Positions 1 through 9,317 are shown, counted from the stretch's first letter. The stretch: DNA of 64,000 nt from Gammaproteobacteria bacterium (GCA_965222155.1 CBDCTH010000012.1:448001-512000); one strand, 5' to 3'. Program-made: numbers and translations. The notes: generated by a model not told the origin, from the sequence alone.

Positions 1-2
1 AC

Positions 3-1142
3 ACCCGCAGCTTCAGCGCCCTGCCCAGCGGTCTGGGCGAGTTGACCCGCTGGTTGCTTGGCTACCAGGTCAGCGCCGCGCTGATGGCGGCCACCGGCGT
101 CTACTGGGAGGGGGTCTTCGATGCGCTCGACGGCGCCGGCATTGAACCGCGCCTGGTGCCTGCCCAGCACGTCAAGCAACTCAAGGGACGCAAGACCGAT
201 ATCGCCGACAGCGTCTGGCTGGCGCGTATCTGCCAGTTCGGTCTGTGTACGCCCAGTTTCGTGCCGCCGCCGGCGTTCCGCGACCTGCGCAAGGTGTCAC
301 GCCAACGACGCAAGGTCGTGCGCCTGTGTGCCACCCTGCGCACCCGCACCCATCACATCCTCGACCGCGCCGGCCTGCGGGTGGGCGGCGTGCTCTCGGA
401 CCTGTTCGGCGCCAATGGCCGGCGCATTCTTGACGGGCTTGCCGCCGGCCGCTCGCGCGAGGACATCCTGGCCGCCCTCTCACGTCATGTCCGGCCCCGG
501 CTGGCCGACCTGTGCGATGCGCTCAGCACCCAACTCGCCCCACACGCCCGCTTCATCCTCCGGGACCAGTTGGACGCTTTCGAGCAGGCCCGCGCACGGC
601 GCAACGCCTACGACGCCTTCATCCAAGACCGACTGGCGCCGTACCGCAACCAGATTGACCTGTTGACCACCCTGCCCGGCATCGACCGGGACTCGGCTTG
701 CGCCATCCTCATCGAACTCGGTCCCGACATCCATGTCTTCCCCTCACACCGGCACTGCGCCGCCTGGGCCGGCCTGTGCCCCGGCAACAACGAAAGCGCC
801 GGCAAGAAACGCACCGGCACAACCCGCAAGGGCAACACCGTCCTGCGCAGCATCCTCGTCGAGTGCGCCCACGGCGCCGCCCGGACTATCCAGTGCCAGT
901 GCCAGGGCTACCACAAGGCCCTCACCGTGCGGCGCGGCGACAAGCGGGCGAGCGTCGCCAGCGCCCACAAACTGCTGCGTATCATCTACCGCATGCTCGC
1001 CACCGGCCAGGTCTACCGCGACCCCGACACCGACTACGAGGCGCTCTTGGTCAAGCGCAACGCACCCCGCTGGATAGCCATGTTGAAAAAACACGGCATG
1101 GACCCGGCAACCCGGTCGACAACGACCCAGGCCACCGCCTGA
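3..1142 (+). CDS. IS110-family transposase/recombinase, 5'-truncated by window edge, probably degenerate
   Basis: Frame open from base 3. Motifs M(A)ATGVYW, GRKTDIADSVWLA, LPGID, WAGLCPGNNESAGK, AHKLLR. The usual catalytic Glu of MEATGxYW reads Ala. Confidence 0.93.
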   Translation, partial: TRSFSALPSGLGELTRWLLGYQVSAALMAATGVYWEGVFDALDGAGIEPRLVPAQHVKQLKGRKTDIADSVWLARICQFGLCTPSFVPPPAFRDLRKVSRQRRKVVRLCATLRTRTHHILDRAGLRVGGVLSDLFGANGRRILDGLAAGRSREDILAALSRHVRPRLADLCDALSTQLAPHARFILRDQLDAFEQARARRNAYDAFIQDRLAPYRNQIDLLTTLPGIDRDSACAILIELGPDIHVFPSHRHCAAWAGLCPGNNESAGKKRTGTTRKGNTVLRSILVECAHGAARTIQCQCQGYHKALTVRRGDKRASVASAHKLLRIIYRMLATGQVYRDPDTDYEALLVKRNAPRWIAMLKKHGMDPATRSTTTQATA

Positions 1143-1350
1143 CCACGGCGCCGGGCGGCCTGCACTGCCCGGAGAACAGCCGCCGCGCCGTAGCGTAAGC
1201 CTGACCCGGCCGCAGGCCCTAACGCGGGGCAGCCTGCAAGACCATAACGGGCAGCGCTGTAGCGCATCCTTCCCCGCCGGTCAGACCGAACCGGCAGGCT
1301 TGTCGCGCCCTGATGCCTGGGATACACTAAAAGTTACACAGCAAATATCC
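1143..1350 (+). ncRNA. candidate IS110 bridge/seek RNA-encoding right end
   Basis: Non-coding and hairpin-rich. Block 1187-1233 aligns by eye at 37/48 to 63817-63864 (minus). IS110/IS1111 non-coding ends are known to encode guide RNAs. Confidence 0.45.
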
Positions 1351-1378
1351 GAGGGCGCATCAAGCGCAGTCTGTAATG
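1350..1378. repeat. partial copy of palindromic element A (IS110 insertion site)
   Basis: cgagggcgcatcaagcgcagtctgtaatg matches 49662-49678 and the reverse complement of 57394-57416. Confidence 0.75.
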
Positions 1379-1632
1379 GCGACATGGTAAGAACATTGTA
1401 ACTTCTCAATAACCCCGTGCAAACGGTATTTTTCGCTGAACTCCCTGAGTTGCATGCACTACTATGCAGTCTATGGAGTCAGATACGATTATTCAAGGTC
1501 GCAGTGTTACCCCGCAGGCCATCCCTCCCAAGGAAATATGCCCCTTATGGTCAGAGTATGCCCAAATCCGGCATGAATCACTGTATTGACCTCGATTTAG
1601 CGGGAGTGCCTTTGGAAAATACTCTGTCTGTC

Positions 1633-1661
1633 TTGACAAGCCAACTCACAGGTGGGATAAT
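1633..1661 (+). promoter_or_regulatory. sigma70 promoter of vapBC (probably leaderless)
   Basis: TTGACA-17-GATAAT, with the ATG 7 nt after the -10 box, no Shine-Dalgarno, and a near-palindrome gggataatccc over the -10. Confidence 0.6.
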
Positions 1662-1667
1662 CCCCCC

Positions 1668-1901
1668 ATGAGTGCGACACGAGCAGATGCCAAGAAACGC
1701 ATCGTCATTCCAGGAGCCAGACCGGGGGATGTCTTCGATATCCAACGACAGGGGAATGAACGATATGTGCTCGTCCGCCTGCAGCGGCCTGATTCAACGC
1801 CAAGGAAGAGCCGCGCAGCGTGTCTTGAGGCGATGGCCCGGTCGCCGCTGCGTTTGACGCTTTCGTGGGAACAACTGCGACAGATCACGCGCGAGCCATG
1901 A
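1668..1901 (+). CDS. putative antitoxin (AbrB/VapB-like)
   Basis: 77 aa, N-terminal D-x-KKRIVIP swapped-hairpin-like motif, ATGA overlap with the downstream PIN gene. Confidence 0.65.
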   Translation: MSATRADAKKRIVIPGARPGDVFDIQRQGNERYVLVRLQRPDSTPRKSRAACLEAMARSPLRLTLSWEQLRQITREP

Positions 1902-2314
1902 TGTTTCTCGACACCAACGTCTTGATCTATTCATCAGAGGACGGAGTACAGCACCATGACTGGGCGCGGCGGATCATTGCCGACGCCGTATCTACCGACG
2001 GGGCGGCCATCAATGCCGTCTGTCTTGCCGAGGTCTGTGTTGGTGAGGAAGACCCGGCGACTGTGGCGGACCGTATCCGTGGTTGGGGCGTTGAGATTCT
2101 TGATGTGCCGGTTGCTGCTGCGGAAGTCTGTGCAGCGGCATACCAACAGTACCGGGAACGAAGGTGGCAACAGTCTGGTAAGGACTCGCCACGCACTCCC
2201 TTGCCAGACTTCTTTATCGGAGCTCATGCCCAGATTATGGACTGGGCACTGGCGACAGCGGACATATCCAGAATCAGGACATATTTTCCATCCGTGTCGC
2301 TGATAACACCCTGA
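1898..2314 (+). CDS. vapC: PIN-domain VapC toxin
   Basis: FLDTNVLI, LAEV, LPDFFIGAHA, LATAD and RTYFP motifs. Confidence 0.9.
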   Translation: MMFLDTNVLIYSSEDGVQHHDWARRIIADAVSTDGAAINAVCLAEVCVGEEDPATVADRIRGWGVEILDVPVAAAEVCAAAYQQYRERRWQQSGKDSPRTPLPDFFIGAHAQIMDWALATADISRIRTYFPSVSLITP

Positions 2315-2328
2315 GCACAGGATGTGAC

Positions 2329-2470
2329 AGGATGGGGTCAGACCAGTTTAATCTGTCACAACTTACTGATAATAAAGATAAATCATCTTTATAAGCAGGC
2401 TATCAAGCGGTTAGACTGTGGTTTTTTATGGGCAAAACAGATGGTTATGTTGGTCCGACTCTGGTTGGGG
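2329..2470 (+). mobile_element. minimal (internally deleted) RAYT-derived element
   Basis: Near-identical to both ends of the 19.68-20.05 kb element, joined at the microhomology caaaacag. Confidence 0.85.
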
Positions 2471-2472
2471 GA

Positions 2473-2577
2473 CATGAAATCCGGATGCTGACGCTCTATG
2501 ACAAATCGGAACGCTCGACGATTCCCGGTCATACACTCAAACAAATAGCGGATGCCATTAAACATGAAAAAGCGTGA
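2473..2577 (+). pseudogene. C-terminal remnant of HigB-2/RelE-type toxin
   Basis: HEIRMLTLYDKSERSTIPGHTLKQIADAIKHEKA*, overlapping the antitoxin start. The N-terminus is replaced by the RAYT-derived element. Confidence 0.65.
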
Positions 2578-2720
2578 TATCGGGGCTGAAATACTTGAAG
2601 GCATTGATGAAATTCAAGCGTACAAGAAGGGCAAGATTAAACTGAAGGCGACTAGGCTTTCTGCGCCGTCAAAGCCAAAAGCCATTCGCTCTAAGTTAGC
2701 TCTGTCACAATCGGCATTTG
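2564..2720 (+). pseudogene. HigA-2-type HTH antitoxin, truncated by IS21 remnant
   Basis: MKKRDIGAEILEGIDEI...AIRSKLALSQSAFA, then the sequence switches to IS21. Confidence 0.75.
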
Positions 2721-3492
2721 CCAGCCAGTCGGGGAGTGACTGGGTCCAAGTGGTGTAGTTGGAGGCGCCCAGGACCGCGACAAAGAGCTGGGCCTGGCGC
2801 ACCTCACCGGTCCCTGCATCAATCACCGGCACAGTGGTACCGCTGTAATCGACAAAGCACTTCTCACCGGCCTTGTGAGATTGCCGCAGGGTGCGCCGCT
2901 GTGGGCCGCACCAGTGCCGGTAGCGGTCACAGCACTGGGAGTAGCTGTAACACCGGTTCGGGTAGCTTTGGGTATCCTCTTCCTACAGCAGCCGTTTGGT
3001 TACATGCGGACGGTTCAGTTCCGGGTGCATTGCCGGCCAGTCCGGAACCTGCTGGCGCCGGCGGCTGCCGGTATCGGTGCCGGGCTAGAACAGTGGGGCC
3101 AACCGGGTGTCATCCAGGTCCGCGGGGAGCGGCCAGCCCAGTTGCAGGGCCTGGGCCCGGCTGAGCAGCTTCTGGATGCCGCCGATACTCAGCTTGGTGC
3201 TGCGGCTGATGTCACGGCTGGACAGACCGGCTGCGTGCCGGCGCCGGAGTACGTCTCGTAGTTTACGCATTGTTATCCTCTTGCCTGGCATGGTGGGTGC
3301 CTCCAAAAAAGGAGAGCGCCTGCCAGAGGGTTACAAGTTCAATGCGTTGAGTGTGATTCCGGTTGATTGTGAACGGTGATTCCGGGAGCGTGAACAGTGA
3401 TTCCGAAAATGACCGGGAAAGTGTTCACGTTCAACCGGAACAGGTGTTCACGTTCAACCAGAATGAGTGTTCACGATCAGCCGGATTACGCA
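2721..3492 (-). mobile_element. IS21-family remnant (frameshifted istA 5' half plus left end)
   Basis: MPGKRITMRKLRDVLR start at 3291 and AQLFVAVLGASNYT motif. The end begins TG (3492) with multiple gtgaaca/ccgg subterminal repeats at 3355-3490. Confidence 0.9.
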
Positions 3493-4205
3493 CCGGCCCA
3501 GGTTGAGTGCACCAGGGTAGTGCGAGGTCCGGTTGATATGAACGGAGGCAAGCCGGCGTATTCGCCACCTTGTTCTGCCAGTTTTGCCAACGTGGCAGCA
3601 GCGACGTCGTTTTCATTGGCGCCTTCGTGTGATGCTGCAAAAGCCGAGTGCATGGCAGCACTGCAAATTTTCCCCGCCTGGCGGGTATAGACCAATTCTT
3701 TTTCTGATTTAATCATCCGTAGCTCCTCTACCAGACCTGAAGCATCGCTAATCGACCCTGAGCGCTGTAGTGCATCAGTCAGTTCAAGGTATTGAGATGA
3801 TGTAATAAACCAGGCGTTCGTTTCCAAACCGATACGTTTATTTTCATAGCCCAATTCACTGATTAAGGCTAACAGGACTGTCACTGGATTATCTGTATCA
3901 CCATATGAGCAAGTCTTACGCTTCCAACTACGGCCCAGGGTGTTAAATGATTCAATCTTGCGGGTAAATACCACAGGATCATGCTCATGGGTGACAACAC
4001 AGGCCTGTAAGTAGTAGTAACCGGGCGTATCGTGGCCGGTTAAGTAATATATATTCTCTGGAGTGAAGGAGATGAACGCATCGAGCTCTTTTTCGTTCAT
4101 GAGCTGATGACAGGCATTCAGTCGTCGCTGGTATTCTCCGTCTGAGAAAGGAAGATCCATGATCAATGGATCTGTCCTGGTTTCAATCAGTGAAGTTTTA
4201 TTCAT
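3493..4205 (-). pseudogene. M24 (creatinase/Xaa-Pro peptidase, ectoine hydrolase-like) gene truncated by IS21
   Basis: PFSDGEYQRRL, PENIYYLTG, LRMIKSEKE and SGPRT..H motifs. The frame ends at the IS21 terminus, so the C-terminal catalytic part is missing. Confidence 0.8.
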
Positions 4206-4382
4206 TAGTATCGTCCGCTAGTTATTGAGTAAGTCCAGCAACGAGATTTTTGCAGTCTGCCTGGATCAGTTCAGGGGGAGAACACCACCACCACCACAAA
4301 GTCTGTTTTCTATCCGGAAAAATGGCATTTATCTCCGGGGCGAGATAATTCCAGGCCAGCTTAATGGAGGAAGAATACAAAG

Positions 4383-4673
4383 TCAGCCCGTTTGAACGCG
4401 CTCCATGCGACTGTAGATTTGCCTGTTCTTTTGTTCCAGTTCCCATAAGTTCAGTTTAGCCTGCATGGCCAGCCAGAACTCGGGCGTGCTACCCAGCACA
4501 CAACTCAGGCGAATGGCCAGATCTTCAGTGACGTCACCACGCTCGTTTACGACTTTCGACATGGTATTGCGCGCAACACCACATCGCTCGGCCAGTGAAC
4601 TGACAGATAATCCGGTTTCAGGCAGGATGACATTTCTAATCAACGCGCCCGGGTGTGAGGGTTTACGGCTCAT
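4383..4673 (-). CDS. higA: HigA family antitoxin
   Basis: PSHPGALIR...LAIRL...TPEFWLAMQ motif. Confidence 0.9.
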   Translation of the reverse strand: MSRKPSHPGALIRNVILPETGLSVSSLAERCGVARNTMSKVVNERGDVTEDLAIRLSCVLGSTPEFWLAMQAKLNLWELEQKNRQIYSRMERVQTG

Positions 4674-4855
4674 CAGTGATAATCCTCCAGGTTTACATCG
4701 ACAACATCTTCACCATCCATCTTCCAGGTAATACGCCAGTTGCCAGTAACACGAACGTTGTATTCGCTCTTTCTTGCGCCTTTCAGTTTGTGAAAATACA
4801 GTCCTGCGATATCCATCTCTTCCGCCTTTAAACGCATGTCTGTTTTTTCCGGCAT
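4673..4855 (-). pseudogene. higB: HigB (plasmid-killer type) toxin, N-terminally truncated
   Basis: FHKLKG...VRVTGNWRITW...VNLEDYH is present, but the N-terminal region typical of ~92-aa HigB is absent. Confidence 0.75.
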
Positions 4856-4888
4856 TTTGATAAAGGTATAACAAATGATAAAAAAAAG

Positions 4889-6190
4889 TTACTGGCCCAA
4901 GATGCCGAAATAGACAAAGGTCACACCGAAAATTCCCATTACCAGAATGCCCAGCAGACTCCAAATTTCTATGATTTTGGAATGCCTGTGTTCCGGGGCT
5001 ACATCCGATGAAAACATGGCACGGTGATTCATATATGCCATCAATGGGCTGGTCAGGAAGGCAACACTGGTAGCAAAGTCAATGAAAGCCCGGAAAGAGC
5101 TTGTAAACAGCATGAGTACCGTAGCCGCACCAACGCACTGAATAATGATCAGGTGTACGTAATATTTGTTTTCGTGTGCGACAGACTTCTCGCTCCGCTG
5201 TATCAGTGTTTCGTTAGTGAGTTCCGTCTTACTATGTTGGTGATGAGTGACTAAAGAGCTGATACAGCGTGGATATGCATCGATAATCGTCAGTAAGGTA
5301 GACAACATCACAATAACAGCTACAGCCGAAATGATGGGATAGGTAAAACTACCGATCGCGGATGTAAAGAGGGAGATCAACTGTGCAGCAAAGCCATTGG
5401 GTGAATCCGCAACCTCAATACCCGGCTGGTACATGAGCACCGTACCTAAAATTAAAAAGCCGAGAGCCAAAATAGCTGTTATTGCATAGCCGAGATTAAA
5501 GTCAAAGCGTGCGTTTGCAGGGGTAAACGCCTTGCCGATATCTTTCGACTTTGCACAAACCCAGAGGGATTGAAATACGGCTACGCCCAGTGGAGAAGGC
5601 ATCCAACCGGTCAGGGCTATAATAAACAGCAGGGTAGCCCGGTCCATCTCTCCGGGAAGCTTTAAAGACGCTCTGCTCCAATCGATATCAGGTATAATCA
5701 GGGTGATGGCCAGGACAAGAATCGCGACCAGTAGCGCGATAAAACCCTTGGAAACCTGTTCGAATAGATGATACCCACCGCCGATAAGCAGCACAGCGCA
5801 TAATACCAGCAGAATCATTACTACCACACCGGGGTTGAGGTCCAGCGACAAGGCACTACCGACCAGACCGGCGGTTACCAGTGCAATGGCGGCAGTAGCT
5901 ACAAATATGTTTACTAACGTGTCAAATCCTAATACCGCAATCGCCCAACGACCTTGGCGGAAGTAGCTGTCAACCAGGCTGAAACCCGACGCGGCGGCGT
6001 ATTCAGAGCCAAAGCGAAATGCCGGGTATTTGACAATACAGGCAATCAAAATAAAGCTGGCCATGGCCAGACCGAAGCTGGCGCCGGCTCGGGTCGATTG
6101 TACCAGATGCGAAGTACCGATGGAGGCAGCGGCAAACAGGATCCCTGGGCCAATCTTGGCTCCCAATGACCTGAGAGTAGATTCATTCAT
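4889..6190 (-). CDS. NRAMP-like (APC superfamily) membrane transporter
   Basis: GPGILFAAASIGTSHLVQSTRAGA signature, ~11 hydrophobic segments, GWMPSP. Confidence 0.85.
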   Translation of the reverse strand: MNESTLRSLGAKIGPGILFAAASIGTSHLVQSTRAGASFGLAMASFILIACIVKYPAFRFGSEYAAASGFSLVDSYFRQGRWAIAVLGFDTLVNIFVATAAIALVTAGLVGSALSLDLNPGVVVMILLVLCAVLLIGGGYHLFEQVSKGFIALLVAILVLAITLIIPDIDWSRASLKLPGEMDRATLLFIIALTGWMPSPLGVAVFQSLWVCAKSKDIGKAFTPANARFDFNLGYAITAILALGFLILGTVLMYQPGIEVADSPNGFAAQLISLFTSAIGSFTYPIISAVAVIVMLSTLLTIIDAYPRCISSLVTHHQHSKTELTNETLIQRSEKSVAHENKYYVHLIIIQCVGAATVLMLFTSSFRAFIDFATSVAFLTSPLMAYMNHRAMFSSDVAPEHRHSKIIEIWSLLGILVMGIFGVTFVYFGILGQ

Positions 6191-6288
6191 AATAATGGGA
6201 CCTTATCATTAGTATTCGATGAAATCTTTTGCTCAGGCATCTCGTCACTAAATCCTTCGTAAATTTTTACTTTCTGTTCTTTATCCAT
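6187..6288 (-). CDS. 33-aa ORF coupled to the transporter start (leader peptide or deleted-gene remnant)
   Basis: MDKEQKVKIYEGFSDEMPEQKISSNTNDKVPLL*, purine-rich RBS-like region upstream, ATGA overlap with the ATG at 6190. Confidence 0.35.
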   Translation of the reverse strand: MDKEQKVKIYEGFSDEMPEQKISSNTNDKVPLL

Positions 6289-6383
6289 GTCTCTATCTCT
6301 CACTTAATCGAATTATCATCAAACCCGCTAAGTATCGCAGTTGACGTCATTGACATCTGTATGGTTTTTTCTACTATAGTTTA

Positions 6384-7951
6384 GTCGCCCCTGAAAAACT
6401 CAATAAATCGTCCTAACTGATTGATCATATTGATGTAAGTTGTATTTTTTCCTGGACTGATAGTGCCGGTTTTGGTATCATGGACCTTCATTTTCTTGCA
6501 ATATCGGAGATAAAAATGACGCCCAGACAACCTGACGCCGCTACCCGCACCTCAACCGACCTGTTCCGCGAACGCCTGGACACTATGCTCAACCAACGCC
6601 ATGCCTTATATCGCCTGGCCGACCTGGTGGACTGGTCGGTGTTTGATAAGGCATTCGGTGCGCGGTACTGCCCGGACAACGGTTGTCCGGGGAAACCGAC
6701 CCGGTTGAGGGTGGGGTTGCACTATCTGACGCATTGTTATGGGTTATCGGACGAGGCAGTGGTGTCGGGTTGGGTGGAGAATCCGTATTGGCAGTATGTC
6801 TGCGGGGCGGTGTACTTTCAGCATGAGGCGCCGGTAGACCCGAGCAGCCTGACGCGCTGTCGCCAACGCATTGGGGAGTCGGGGTGTGCGCGGATTTTAC
6901 AGGTGACGGTGGCGCTGGGGGTGCAGAGCAAGGCAGTGAAGACGACGGACTTCAAACGGGTGACGGTGGACACCACGGTACAGGAGATAAGCGGTGAGTT
7001 ATCCGACCGACAGCAAGTTGCTGAATCGGTCCCGGGTGCGGTGGGTACGGTTATGTCACAAACAGGGGGTGGTGTTACGCCAGAGCACTGCCCGCAAGGG
7101 GCCGCGGGCGTTACAACAGGCGAACCGCTACGGTCATGCCAAACAGTATCGGCGGCTGCGGCGCGAGGTGAAGCGGTTACGCACGTACCTGGGCCGGGTG
7201 GTGCGTGACAGTGAGCGTAACACCGCTGGCAATCCGGCACAGCAGCGTATCTTTGCCGATGAATTGGCCTTAGCCAAGCGACTGCTGGCGCAGCAGAAAC
7301 AGGATAAACACAAGCTGTACAGCCTGCATGCCCCGGCGGTGGAATGTATCAGTAAAGGGAAGGCGCACAAGCGGTATGAATTCGGGGTGAAGGCGAGTAT
7401 TGCCACCACGAACAAGAGTAACTTCGTGGTGGGGGGTATGGCCTTGCCGGGCAGTCCGTATGACGGGCACACCTTGAAGGAAGCCCTGGCACAGGTGCGG
7501 CGCTTGACCGGGACGAGTATTGATGAGGCGTTTGTGGACAGGGGCTATCGGGGGCATGATGAAACGGCGAGTACGGTGTATATCTCCGGGCAGAAGCGCG
7601 GCATTAAAACCCAACGATTGAAACGGTCGCTCAAGCGCCGCCAGGCAATTGAACCGGTGATCGGTCATTTGAAAGCCGACGGGCTGTTAGGGCGCAATCA
7701 CCTGAAAGGGACACAAGGCGACCAATTAAATGTCCTGTTGAGTTGTGCCGGCCACAACCTGCGCCTGATCCTGAGACGGCTCAGGTTTTTTTGTCTCGAA
7801 AAAAGGATACTTATACTGGCTTGGCTCCGCGTGTTGGTGCCCGCAGCGCGTCTGTCAGGCGTCGGCACACAGTTGAACCGAAAGCTGGCTGGTCTGGCTC
7901 CGCTACCGGTACCCATAATGGCAGCTTGAAACCGGGTTTTTCAGGATCGAC
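6384..7951 (+). mobile_element. IS5-family element
   Basis: TIRs gtcgcccctgaaaaac / gtttttcaggatcgac, with direct repeat tagttta on both flanks (6377-6383, 7952-7958). Confidence 0.92.
6516..7929 (+). pseudogene. IS5-family transposase, frameshifted
   Basis: ENPYWQY, VDTTVQE, ECISKGKAHKRYEFG, VDRGY and IEPVIGHLK motifs. +1 insertion near 6988 (caggagataagcg where QEKA is expected). Confidence 0.9.
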
Positions 7952-8189
7952 TAGTTTAGTGCTTTCTGCCTTGCTTCCTACACCATTTCCGGAAGCATAG
8001 TTGGTGCATAGACATGTGTTAGGTATTCTAGAATATTGCCGACAAAAAACATAAAATAACATCCAAATCAGTGACCTGCCCCCGACGACGCGCCCGATGT
8101 TTGAGTTAGAGTTCGGGTTCAATGTATAACGTCTTGACCTTCAGTTGGCTCAACCAGTCACGTAAGACATGGGCCTGGAACGAGCGCCC

Positions 8190-8250
8190 TGGATGACAGC
8201 CTGCCGGGAAATATTATCACCTGCGCCTGCATCCGTTTTCCTGCGCGAAA
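8190..8250 (+). pseudogene. possible fragment of AAA_14/DUF4143 ATPase
   Basis: Frameshifted DSLPG/KYYHLRLHPFS resembles the DSLxGRYxxxRLHPFS motif. Very short. Confidence 0.3.
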
Positions 8251-8538
8251 TGACCCGCAAAAAGTATGATATTGCCGCTCATGACTTATTGGATGATATA
8301 TTTGATATCGTTGAATTGGGCAAATATAAAATGCTGATAATCAGTGCAGATGAGTTTCTTCGCTACCTGATATAACTCTTTTTTCTCACCCGTAGAGTCC
8401 CAAAATTAAGCAAAATTAAATGTGGGAATAAAATATTATTACAATACTTTTTAATTCTAAATCAATAAGATATAAAGTTAGTACTATTGCGTCCCTGGCC
8501 ATACTTTTACACGATCCCCGAACTGATGTCGTAGGTCT

Positions 8539-9228
8539 TTATCTGGATACCTGGAAGCTGGGGCCGTCGGCCAGCTTTAACATGTTGCCATCGAACGTCG
8601 CTTCGAAGGTCTCATCGGTAGCGTAGTCGGCCTTACCGTCACGGACTTCGAACCAGCGCATGGCCTCGAGCCGAATGTCGTGCTCTTTCCTTTTGTAACG
8701 GCCGGACCCCGCGAGCCAACCGCCCTCGGGCTCGGTCACGAGGACGAAATGCTGGTCGGTTAGAGCCAGCATCCCACGGTCCAAGTCGATGAGATCTGCT
8801 TTGTTGGTGGGGACTTTGACCAGCTTTTCGGTGGCCCCGTTGGCGAAGCTGAGGAAGAGATTCTCGCCCGATCGTTTGTAGCCGACGTCGTGGCTGGTAT
8901 TCGACCGTGCCGCCAGGAGAGACTCCCCGGCCGGCGTAACCACGATGCCGGTGTCAACGTCGAACCGCACGATGTCCTTCGACTTGAATTGGTACCTGCC
9001 GATGTGGGCGTCCGTGAGTTGCTCTTCCATGGGCTCGCTGCCGTGCATCGCCTGGTGAACGAACCGCCCTTCATTAAAAAGAAACAGTCCGACCAGTGGC
9101 TTGACCCCATGCGTCGGCCTATCGAACGACTCGTAGATCCAGAGCCCGGCGATTTCGTCGGCGGAAGCAAGGCGCGCTGCGGCGAAACATACGAAAAGCG
9201 TCAGAGCCAGTGCGAATTTCGTCTTCAC
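8539..9228 (-). CDS. exported protein, possibly two lipocalin-like beta-barrel repeats
   Basis: Signal peptide (ASA-D), IAGLW motif, repeated G-hydrophobic...F...GRY segments. Confidence 0.65.
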   Translation of the reverse strand: MKTKFALALTLFVCFAAARLASADEIAGLWIYESFDRPTHGVKPLVGLFLFNEGRFVHQAMHGSEPMEEQLTDAHIGRYQFKSKDIVRFDVDTGIVVTPAGESLLAARSNTSHDVGYKRSGENLFLSFANGATEKLVKVPTNKADLIDLDRGMLALTDQHFVLVTEPEGGWLAGSGRYKRKEHDIRLEAMRWFEVRDGKADYATDETFEATFDGNMLKLADGPSFQVSR

Positions 9229-9317
9229 GCGGCGATTATATCACGCTAATATTCATTACTTCCCCCCTGAACGAGAATCAACTCCTGCTGCTGAAGGACG
9301 CGCTCGATTTTGATAGA

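Larger units (their letters stand above)
1..1350 (+). mobile_element. IS110-family element with ~208-nt 3' non-coding end
   Basis: End placed by a 19-bp identity (agttacacagcaaatatcc, 1332-1350) with the inverted copy at 63690-63708, and by the start of homology to element A at 1350. Confidence 0.8.

Noticed and set aside
6970-7000. Programmed frameshift in the IS5 transposase
   Set aside because: No slippery run; it looks like a single-base insertion in an otherwise decaying gene.
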